Shown: positions 1-8,151 of the stretch, in pieces | How positions within the stretch are numbered: the stretch's first letter is position 1 | Layout of the letters: each line of letters starts with the position of its first letter | Assembly: GCA_963793425.1 (NCBI GenBank) | Contig: CAWCAG010000001.1 | Span: forward strand, 352,001-416,000 | DNA: 64,000 nucleotides | Source of the DNA: an uncultured cyanobacterium | Lineage (GTDB): Bacteria; Cyanobacteriota; Cyanobacteriia; Cyanobacteriales; CAWCAG01 | Reading direction: 5' to 3' | Program-made: the position numbers and the translations under genes | Notes under the pieces: generated by a model | Database searches by the model: none | Told to the model about the DNA's origin: nothing | Seen by the model: the letters and a program-made list of their open reading frames with translations, nothing else

Positions 1-1
1 T

Positions 2-397
2 CGCCGTTTCTTGCTATCTGGATTATTAGCGATGGTAGGTTACGGCATGGGGTGGCTGTTATGGCAAGCAACGCCCTTAACCATGGGGGAACGGTTTCTG
101 GTCTTAGTTTCAGCAACAGCAGTTTCCCTAACCCTTGGTTTAGGCTTATCTAGCCATCGTCTGGCCCATATTTTTGTAGGAGGCTTAGGAAGTTGGACAA
201 TCCTGGCTAGTTGCGTCAAACTAGGCTTTTTACCTGTGGATGTATTGCAAGATATTCTTTCTTTTGCTGGCCCTTTATGGTTAGACTTTATTCAAAGTAT
301 AATTTTGTTTATTTTGTTGGTAATAAGTCTCGGTTTATCTCTAGGAGTAAGTCATTATTTATTAGTACCGATTTTGCGTCAGTTAGGTTGGAAGTAG
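2..397 (+). CDS. 3' part of a membrane protein (frame open from the window edge)
   Basis: Frame open from position 2; several hydrophobic helices; stop TAG at 395-397. Confidence 0.6.
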   Translation, partial: RRFLLSGLLAMVGYGMGWLLWQATPLTMGERFLVLVSATAVSLTLGLGLSSHRLAHIFVGGLGSWTILASCVKLGFLPVDVLQDILSFAGPLWLDFIQSIILFILLVISLGLSLGVSHYLLVPILRQLGWK

Positions 398-523
398 TTA
401 TCAAAGTGACGGAGAGATGGGGAGATGGGGAGCTGGGGGAGCTGGGGAGCTAAGGAGCTGGGGAGATAGAATAGTTAGCAACTAGCCATTAGCCATTAGC
501 AACTAGCCATAAGGACAAAATCT

Positions 524-1198
524 ATGTTAGTTCCCTTAACGCGGGAGAAATTTGAACAAATTGTTCCTCTTATTGCCACCGGCAGCCAGTATGCCAGTGT
601 TTTGGGCAAAGTGCGGGATATTTTAAGGAGAGTCCTAATTTCTGTAGTTGGGGTTCTCGTAGTTTGGTTATTAAGTACTTTTTTAGGAGACAATGTTGGC
701 GGGCTGAAGATTATTCTTGGTTCCATTGTCGGTTTATATTGGCTATGGTCGCCTGTTTATTGGGCTAGTAGACGTAACGCAGCTTATCGTAAATTCCCTT
801 ATAGTGGCTTCTGGCGTGGTCGTGTCACAGATGTTTTTGTCACTGATGAATTAATCGGCGAAGAAGAAACGGTCAATAATCGTGGAGAATTGGTGATTGT
901 TGAAAATCGAGAACGCAGAATTAACATAGAAGTAGCAGATCAAAGCGGTTTTAGAGAACTTATCCAAGCCCCTCTCAAACGCTTACATAAGGGTATTAAA
1001 CCGGGACAGATAGCCGAATTAGTGGTGTTGTCTAAACAGCCGGATTTGAGTCTTATAGCCGCTGTTACAGATGTTTACCTTCCTAATCTCAATCTTTGGG
1101 TTGGGGCCTATCCTTATTTACAAAGAAACGTTTTCGCCCAGGTTAGTAGTGAGTTGAGAGAAAATTACAACTATTCTTATTCTTCAAAGAGGAGATGA
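524..1198 (+). CDS. Conserved cyanobacterial two-TM hypothetical protein
   Basis: 224-aa ORF starting MLVPLTREKFEQIVP, two TM helices, AAGGA upstream. Confidence 0.75.
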   Translation: MLVPLTREKFEQIVPLIATGSQYASVLGKVRDILRRVLISVVGVLVVWLLSTFLGDNVGGLKIILGSIVGLYWLWSPVYWASRRNAAYRKFPYSGFWRGRVTDVFVTDELIGEEETVNNRGELVIVENRERRINIEVADQSGFRELIQAPLKRLHKGIKPGQIAELVVLSKQPDLSLIAAVTDVYLPNLNLWVGAYPYLQRNVFAQVSSELRENYNYSYSSKRR

Positions 1199-1385
1199 GA
1201 GCATTGAACATTTGACCGGAATCTTGCCAGACTTTTTGTGCGATCGCCGATGGATTTTCCAAGAAGCCAGGATGATTGACAACGGTGTAGAAAGTTCGCC
1301 CCATACCCATACCAAAGCCGAGGGCATCACCAATAGCTTGCCCAAAGATAATACCTTTAATCTGATCAGCTAGATGGTGATTCAT
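1143..1385 (-). pseudogene. ADP-ribosylglycohydrolase (DraG/ARH family) remnant
   Basis: N-terminal motif IKGIIFGQAIGDALG; only 80 aa, and the tail overlaps the convergent gene. Confidence 0.65.
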
Positions 1386-1415
1386 TTTCTGATTATGGGG
1401 AAGAGGAAAGCAAAA

Positions 1416-1700
1416 TCAGCGACGACGCTTCACTGCAATTCGGCGATCGCCTGGTTGTTTACGTAGCCAATTCAAAAACTTAATCATATCTGGGTGTTCG
1501 CTGAGTGTTTCCAGGCTATTTAATTCTAAAGCAAGTTGTTGATGAGTAAATAAAACGTGAATTTGGCGATGACAGGCGGGGCAGATTTCTACGGTTACCC
1601 CTGGGGAGAGTTTTTTGCGCCGAGTATATTGGCGAGGAATGAGATGATGAGTTGTTAATTTATAGCATTCTCGTAAACACAATTGGCATTGCATATCCAA
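1416..1700 (-). CDS. Small HNH endonuclease-family protein
   Basis: CxxC, HHLIP and CxxCHxxIH motifs. Confidence 0.8.
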   Translation of the reverse strand: MDMQCQLCLRECYKLTTHHLIPRQYTRRKKLSPGVTVEICPACHRQIHVLFTHQQLALELNSLETLSEHPDMIKFLNWLRKQPGDRRIAVKRRR

Positions 1701-1769
1701 AAGTTTAAGTTCATTTAGGTCAATGTAGGGCAGGTTAACCCAATTATTAATTTAACCTACCCTCAACTT

Positions 1770-2972
1770 TTAAGCGTCGTCCAAAGCAACAATACCAGGT
1801 AAAGTTTTACCCTCAAGTAACTCTAAACTTGCGCCACCACCAGTAGAAATGTGGCTCATTTTATCAGCAACACCAACCTTTTCTACTGCTGCTACGGAGT
1901 CACCACCACCAATAATGGTGATAACTTCTTTCTCTGTTAAATCGGCTAAGGAATTGGCGATCGCTTCTGTCCCTACAGCAAATTTATCAAATTCAAATAC
2001 TCCCATGGGGCCATTCCAAATTACGCACTTACAATCAGCAAGGGCTTCTTGGAAAGTTTTAATTGAATCAGGACCAATATCTAAACCCATCCAACCATCA
2101 GGTATATTTTCGGCACTAACGGTTTGAGATTCCGCATCAGGGGCGAAGTTATCAGCTACCACAACATCGGCAGGTAAAAGCAGGGCAACACCTTTTTCTT
2201 TGGCTTTCGCTTCCAAGGATTTAGCTAATTCCAGCTTATCTTCTTCTACCAAAGATTTACCAACATTCAAACCCCTAGCTTTATAAAAGGTGAAAATCAT
2301 GCCGCCACCAATTAGCAACTTGTCGCACTTATCCAACAAAGTTTCAATAACACCAATTTTACTAGATACTTTTGAACCGCCAATAATTGCCGCGAGGGGA
2401 CGTTTGGGGTTATCTACGGCGTTTTGTAGATAGTTGAGTTCTTTTTCAATTAAGTAACCTGCTACGCTGGGGCTAAGATAGTTGGTTACTCCTTCGGTGG
2501 AAGCATGGGCGCGGTGTGCCGTACCGAAAGCGTCGTTAACGTAAAGATCCGCATTAGCAGCTAACTTTTTGGCAAATTCAGGATCATTACTAGTTTCTTC
2601 GTTATAGAAACGGACATTTTCCAATAAAGCCACATCGCCGTTAACCATTTTGCTAACCGTAGTGGCGACAGAATCACCAATACAGTCATTACAAACAATT
2701 ACTTCTTTCTCCAATAACTCAGACAAACGCTTAGCCACCGGAGTTAAGCGTAATTCTTCTTTCACCTCACCCTTGGGACGACCCATATGACTAGATAAAA
2801 GTACTTTAGCCCCGTTTTCAACCAAATAATTAATGGTTGGTAAAGCGGCCCGAATGCGGGTATCGTCAGTAATCTTACCTGACTCTAGGGGGACATTAAA
2901 ATCCGCCCTTACTAAAACTCGTTTTCCTTTTAAATCAGCCTCTGTTAAATCAGCTACAGTTTTTTTTGCCAC
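1770..2972 (-). CDS. pgk: Phosphoglycerate kinase
   Basis: [26 protein letters not shown] and STGGGASLE motifs; GTG start with AGGAGG. Confidence 0.98.
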   Translation of the reverse strand: MAKKTVADLTEADLKGKRVLVRADFNVPLESGKITDDTRIRAALPTINYLVENGAKVLLSSHMGRPKGEVKEELRLTPVAKRLSELLEKEVIVCNDCIGDSVATTVSKMVNGDVALLENVRFYNEETSNDPEFAKKLAANADLYVNDAFGTAHRAHASTEGVTNYLSPSVAGYLIEKELNYLQNAVDNPKRPLAAIIGGSKVSSKIGVIETLLDKCDKLLIGGGMIFTFYKARGLNVGKSLVEEDKLELAKSLEAKAKEKGVALLLPADVVVADNFAPDAESQTVSAENIPDGWMGLDIGPDSIKTFQEALADCKCVIWNGPMGVFEFDKFAVGTEAIANSLADLTEKEVITIIGGGDSVAAVEKVGVADKMSHISTGGGASLELLEGKTLPGIVALDDA

Positions 2973-3119
2973 AGTTTATAACCTCCTGAACTCAAAAATT
3001 ATTACTTTTTTTTCTTTACTAAAGCATTAAATCAGCGTATCGCCGCTTGCTATTCTTCATTCCCTTGGAGTTTAAAGCTAAATCCATGATTCAATAAAAT
3101 AAATTAGGGAATTGCTCTT

Positions 3120-3572
3120 GTGCAGATTGTACCGGAGCGAGTGTACCGGAGGTTAGATAAAATGTTTAATATTGTCATTTTCCCCATTGACCAAACCAGA
3201 GAAAGTCGCGATGCGGCCGAAACTGTAGCCAATGTTGTTCAAACATATAACAGCAAGCTATATATTCTGTCTGTGGTGGAAAAACCGACTCCAGGAGAAG
3301 CAACTGAAGTTACTCCGATGAATTCAGCAGAAAACGTCGAAAAGTTACTTCAGGGGGCTAAAGCCATGTTTGCTCAAAAAGGTATTCAAGCTGAGGTGAT
3401 AGAAAAAGAAGGAGTTCCTGCTTTCGTTATTTGTGATGTGGCTGATGAATTAAAGGCGAATCTGATTGTGATGGGTTGCCGGGGTTTAGGCTTGACAGAA
3501 GAAGGTTTATCTGAAAGTGTGACTAACCGTGTGATTAATCTTTCTCCTTGTCCGGTTTTGATTGTACCTTGA
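3120..3572 (+). CDS. Universal stress protein (likely start ATG 3162)
   Basis: LIVMGCRG ... SVTNRVINLSPCPVLIVP; GGAGG before ATG 3162. Confidence 0.9.
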   Translation: MQIVPERVYRRLDKMFNIVIFPIDQTRESRDAAETVANVVQTYNSKLYILSVVEKPTPGEATEVTPMNSAENVEKLLQGAKAMFAQKGIQAEVIEKEGVPAFVICDVADELKANLIVMGCRGLGLTEEGLSESVTNRVINLSPCPVLIVP

Positions 3573-3619
3573 TGGGGAGATGGTGTGACTGACAAAACTT
3601 CTGGAATATGGGATTTCTT

Positions 3620-3689
3620 GTAGGTTGGGTTAGGCGTAAATAAACCTAGGGGGAAATCCAACAATCACCCTTGTTGCCGTAACCCAACG
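3620..3689 (+). repeat. REP-like GTAG hairpin
   Basis: GTAGGTTGGGTTA ... TAACCCAAC inverted repeat. Confidence 0.6.
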
Positions 3690-3699
3690 TTGTAGGAAA

Positions 3700-4056
3700 T
3701 TGGTAATGGGCATTTTAGTTGATACGAATATTTTACTTCTCTGGTTTGTAGGTGCTGTTAATCGTTCGCGCATCTCAAAGTTTAAACGGACAAAGCAATT
3801 TTTACCAGAAGATTATGATTTATTAGTACGAATTCTCTCGTATTTTTCAAAAATAGTAACAACTCCAAATATTTTGACAGAAGTTAATAGTTTAGCGAAT
3901 CAGCTTGGTCAACCCGAACGTTTTCAATGTTTTTCTAAGTTTGCCCAAGGAGTAGCTAAATTAGATGAATTTTATGTTGAGAGTCAAACAGCCGTTAGTG
4001 TTAAAAACTTTACCGAGTTTGGTCTAACTGATTGTGGAATTAAAGCAAGAAATTAA
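3700..4056 (+). pseudogene. PIN-domain protein, probably C-terminally truncated
   Basis: ILVDTNILLL, TTPNILTE and GLTD motifs; ends before the expected LTxD motif, with the stop supplied by a palindrome. Confidence 0.6.
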
Positions 4057-4125
4057 TTTCTTGACTCAAACAAAAAGTCCGTTTAAACGGACTTAACATA
4101 TTAGACAGAGAATTAATTCTCTGTC
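4046..4125. repeat. Three adjacent perfect palindromes (REP/MITE-like)
   Basis: CAAGAAATTAATTTCTTG 4046-4063, AAGTCCGTTTAAACGGACTT 4075-4094, GACAGAGAATTAATTCTCTGTC 4104-4125. Confidence 0.85.
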
Positions 4126-4440
4126 CGTCTATTGTCTGTTGTCTGTCTCTATGTGTCTCTTCTTTCCTAACAGTCTCATATCTTTGCTTCTAACGTCGGA
4201 ACAGAGAATAGAAAACGTGCTGCAACCAACTCAGAAAGCGGGATATTTGTTTAAGGCAGGCTTTGATAAAAATTGAGAAAGGATTATTCGGCTGCGAAAG
4301 GTTTTCAATAGCTTTATTTGCCATTTGGCTATACTCTTGATGACCTATAGCTTGAAAGAATTCTTGCGCCTTTACATAGGCTGCTTTAGCTTGGGATTTT
4401 TTGCCTAATTTAGCTAACGTATCACCATAGTTGTACCAAG

Positions 4441-5390
4441 AAATAGCTTCCCCACCGCGATTACCTATTTCCCTTTCTATCTCCAAAGACTGCTGCTGGA
4501 ATTCAATCGCTTGTTGGTATTGTCCTAGGGAATAGTAAGCATTGCCTAAATTGCCTAAAGAAATAGCTTCCCCACGGCGATCACCTATTTCCCTATCTAT
4601 CTCCAAAGACTGCTGATGGAAATCAATCGCTTGTTGGTATTGTCCTAGGGAATCGTAAGCATTGCCTAAACTTGCCTAAAGAAATAGCTTCCCCACCGCG
4701 ATCACCTATTTCCCTTTTTATCTCCAAAGACTGCTGATGGAAATCAATCGCTTGTTGGTATTGTCCTAGGGATTGGTAAGCATTGCCTAAATTGCCTAAA
4801 GAATTAGCTTCCCCACCGCGATCACCTATTTCCCTAGCTATCTCCAAAGACTGCTGATGGAAATCAATCGCTTGTTGGTATTGTCCTAGGGAATCGTAAG
4901 CATTGCCTAAACCGCCTAAAGAATTAGCTTCCCCACCGCGATTACCTATTTCTCTTTCTATCTCCAAAGACTGCTGATGGAAATCAATCGCTTGTTGGTA
5001 TTGTCCTAGGGAATCGTAAGCATTGCCTAAATTACCTAAAGAATTGCTTCCCCACCGCGATTACCTATTTCCCTGGCTATGTCCAAAGACTGCTGATGGA
5101 AATCTATAGCTTGTTGGTATTGTCCTAGGGATTGGTAAGCATTGCCTAAATTACCTAAAGAAATAGCTTCCCCACCGCGATTCCCTATTTCCCTGGCTAT
5201 CTCCAAAGTTGCTGATGGAAATCAATCGCTTGTTGGTATTGTCCTAGGGATTGGTAAGCATTGCCTAAATTGCCTAAAGAATTAGCTTCCCCACCGCGAT
5301 TACCTATTTCCCTGGCTATCTCCAAAGACTGCTGATGGAAATCAATCGCTTGTTGGTATTGTCCTAGGGAATCGTAAGCATTGCCTAAAC
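4441..5390 (-). repeat. About 8 near-identical 120-bp tandem repeats encoding 40-aa TPR units
   Basis: Units recur at about 4441, 4561, 4682, 4802, 4922, 5042, 5161 and 5280; consensus LGNLGNAYxSLGQYQQAIDFHQQSLEIxREIGxRGGEAxS. Confidence 0.95.
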
Positions 5391-6734
5391 TAGTCAAAGA
5401 AGCGCTCATATTGCCAATCTTGCTGACTATCTTCCGGCCAAGCTACTATTAATAGCCCATAATATTCCACTCGCACAGCAGAATAACCCCGTAAGGTAAG
5501 AAATTCATCACAGTGGCGCAAAACTTTAAAAGCAGCTTTGTATTCTTTTAACTCGAAGCGATGATAGAAAACTTCTAAATATGCTTCCACATCTGCTAAA
5601 GTTTGCCAAGGTTGAGGCTTAAACTGGTCAGAAAAATAACTAATTGCCTTTTCGATGCGCCGCAATCAGTAAACTTTCTTCGGTCTGCAAATGGAGATAT
5701 TGAGCAATTAAAGGTTGAATTGTATAGCCTGCTTCTGCTTCATTAAGGAGGGAACGATTAGCCAACTGTCGCAAAGCTTGCCGCACTGCCAGATCAGAAA
5801 TATTCTCCCCAGGCAACATGATTGCAGCATTTGCGCTATTGATAGCTACTCGATAGATACTGAGGTTAAGCAAAAATTCTCGCTGCTGGGGTGTTAGCCG
5901 TGATAGATGCTGCTGCAATAACCAAAATAGCTGCACATCTTCTTTGCCGCGATGGATTCCTGTAGCTTCTTCCCCCAAGGTGGTTAACTGCAACTTCCCA
6001 GCTTGACTAATCTTACCTTGATAATATGATCGCAAAAAGCTAGCGGCTAAACGTAAACTGAGGGGATGTCCATCTAGGCATTGCACTAAGTTAGCTTTCG
6101 CTTCTGGGGAACCGACAATACCCTCGGCGGTTAAAAACTTTGTTCCTTCTTCGGTGGAAAACCCTTTTAAAGTGGGCAACCAAGTTACAAATTCCTGCCA
6201 ACCGGGAGGCTTTTCTCTGGTGGTAACTAAGATAATGCTGTTGTTTCCTCTGGTTTGCCATTCCTGGAAAAACTGGCCATAATCGGGGTTACGCCATCCT
6301 CCCAATTCGTTTAATAAAGATTCGAGATTATCTAAAACTAAAAAGTAAGGCTGTTTGTTGAGGAAACTGAGGAAAAAGTTTCGCCTTTCTTGGGAAGTTT
6401 GGGGCAGATCCTGCGGAGTAAGTCCAGCCAGTTTAAACAGTGCTTCTTCGACAAAGAGGTCGAAACTAGGTGCAGAGGCAAAATCAACCCAAAGCTTATT
6501 AACAAACTTTTCTGTATACTCCCGGAAACAGTAGGCAGCTAATGAGGATTTACCTGCACCTCCTAAACCATGAATACCGATAAGATGATGGGAAAATGAG
6601 GAGAGATAATTTTGGAGAATTTCTAGCTCATTTTCCCGCCCTTGCCAATTGCTTAAGCGAGGTGGTTCGGAAATTAATCGGGAAGTTGGTGGGGTCTTCT
6701 GCTTCTGGGATTTTTCTACTATTTTGAGAAGATC

Positions 6735-6748
6735 CTGCGGCCCCGCAG
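6735..6748 (-). promoter_or_regulatory. GC-rich hairpin 4 nt downstream of the in-frame TGA (candidate recoding signal)
   Basis: Minus strand reads TTC TGA CTGA CTGCGG-GG-CCGCAG. Confidence 0.5.
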
Positions 6749-6752
6749 TCAG

Positions 6753-7160
6753 TCAGAAGTTAGCATCACCTTTGACTTCTTTAATTTCTACATTTTTATC
6801 TCCTAGCTGTACATTACTGTTATCCTGGGCGACAAAACGTACAGAGTTATCTTCTCGTTTGTCGTTGTAAATCTGATTATAAATAGGTCGAGCCAGATTA
6901 CTAATTTCTTCAGCAAAAGTGGAATCGCTTTCCATGGCTCCCTTTAAATAAGGTACAATCACCTCAACATTGGCAGAATTTTCTACCGTTGCGATCGCAC
7001 TTTCTGCTTCCGGGTTTCCCTGCAACTTTCCTTTAATCTTCTCCTGTAAAGTTTTTGCCTTGGCGATCGCACTTTCTGCCAGTTTACCGACTCCTAATTC
7101 CACCGCTGCACCAAAAGCAACTTCAGCAATTTTTTCTGCGGCCAAAAATTCCAATGTCAT
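6753..7160 (-). CDS. 135-aa helical protein (Bell/HeLo-like by resemblance) with an N/Q/V-rich C-terminal tail; in frame with the downstream NB-ARC
   Basis: Hydrophobic N-terminal helix; IKGKLQGNPEAESAI; MESDSTFAEEI; tail DNSVRFVAQDNSNVQLGDKNVEIKEVKGDANF. Confidence 0.75.
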   Translation of the reverse strand: MTLEFLAAEKIAEVAFGAAVELGVGKLAESAIAKAKTLQEKIKGKLQGNPEAESAIATVENSANVEVIVPYLKGAMESDSTFAEEISNLARPIYNQIYNDKREDNSVRFVAQDNSNVQLGDKNVEIKEVKGDANF

Positions 7161-7242
7161 CCATCTTGAGGGTAAGGTTTACATAAATCTTCGCACCCGT
7201 AAGATATATTTTCCCACATTTGTCAAGATTACACAAAATCAA

Positions 7243-7409
7243 TTGTAGGGTGGGAATTGCTTGCTAAAGCCATCAAGCAATTTACCAAAAAACCAAACAA
7301 GCAATGCCCAGCAATCTTCGTTATAAAGAACTTATTAATTTTAGATATGGTGGGCAAATATAGATTAATTTCTGATGCTTATATCTTATTAGTTTTGCCC
7401 ACCCTACAA
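7243..7409. repeat. Inverted REP doublet (REPIN-like)
   Basis: TTGTAGGGTGGG 7243-7254 / CCCACCCTACAA 7398-7409; each half forms its own hairpin. Confidence 0.75.
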
Positions 7410-7413
7410 AAGC

Positions 7414-7535
7414 TTACTCACCAACCCTTATCCCTATTTCTGAAAAATCCATAACTTTGGCTTGTCTTTTCCCACAGCAACAACCCCAATCTCTTGCATA
7501 CTGACCTCTTTCTACAAATCTTGTAAAACTTTTTG
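7414..7535 (-). mobile_element. C-terminal remnant of a REP-associated tyrosine transposase (RAYT)
   Basis: SFTRFVERGQYARDWGC ... GE* resembles RAYT C-termini; a GTAG REP follows directly. Confidence 0.5.
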
Positions 7536-8090
7536 TACCTGGTGATTGATTGGTTAATGTTAAGGCGAAACGTCCTTTGGCATCGGCTGTAACTGTGGCG
7601 ATGCTTTTGTTTAAGGGGCCGCGATTGTTTTCTGTTTCTAAAACCTGATAAATGTCAATTTGTGAACCAGGATCGGCTGTACCATCAAGATTTACTTTGC
7701 CCTCTAGAAGCAAAAATTCTTGACTTAACCATTGGGGAGTGTTAATCGCCCGGTTTCCTGTATCTAAACTACGGTTGCGAGAATCTCTTTGAGGGTTTGG
7801 CCCATCTCCCCTTTGATAATTTTGGCGGTTGGAACTATTCCGGGTAGTTAAGTTGATGCTGAGGCCTTCTAAAGCAGCAAAGTAATTATTTTGAATGAGG
7901 TTGCGGTTACTTTGGGGATAGGCAGCAACAACAACCCCAGGCCCAAGTTGACTGACAATACTATTATTAGTAACTTTGTGGTCATTGCCCATGAGGTAAA
8001 TAGCAGCACGTCTAAGGCGACGACCATTATATTTAATTTTGTTATCGCGAATGGTTACAGATATTGGTTTTTAATTAATATTCTTTTCAT
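7536..8090 (-). pseudogene. Internal fragment of a parallel beta-helix/Ig-like surface protein of the DUF11 cluster
   Basis: IRDNKIKYNGRRLRRAAIYLMGNDHKVTNNSI ... GTADPGSQIDIY; no signal peptide; fused to an unrelated tail. Confidence 0.6.
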
Positions 8091-8151
8091 AAATTGAACT
8101 ACCAATATTCAAAGTGCTATATTTTTCTTTACTCCCCATTTCTACATCTCC

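Larger units (their letters stand above)
4190..6752 (-). pseudogene. NB-ARC/STAND NTPase with TPR array (NLR-like), broken by five 1-nt indels as sequenced
   Basis: Manual translation from 6752: WQGRENEL, Walker A GLGGAGKS (6569-6546), Walker B FLVLDNLES, LVTTRE, GHPLSL; then TPRs spread over ORFs 5390-5665, 5197-5409, 4623-4967 and 4190-4606. Confidence 0.85.

Noticed and set aside
412..510. GGGGAGAT/GGGGAGCT and TAGCAAC/TAGCCAT tracts (also ~11845, 13380, 25110, 35500, 61765) as a novel element
   Set aside because: Ordinary cyanobacterial short tandem repeats.
4441..5390. CRISPR array or DGR template/variable repeat
   Set aside because: Contiguous 120-bp coding repeats with no spacers; no cas operon or reverse transcriptase in the window.
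6735..6755. Selenocysteine UGA plus SECIS
   Set aside because: The hairpin is short and closer to the UGA than a typical bacterial SECIS, and there is no redox-motif context; kept only as a generic recoding candidate.
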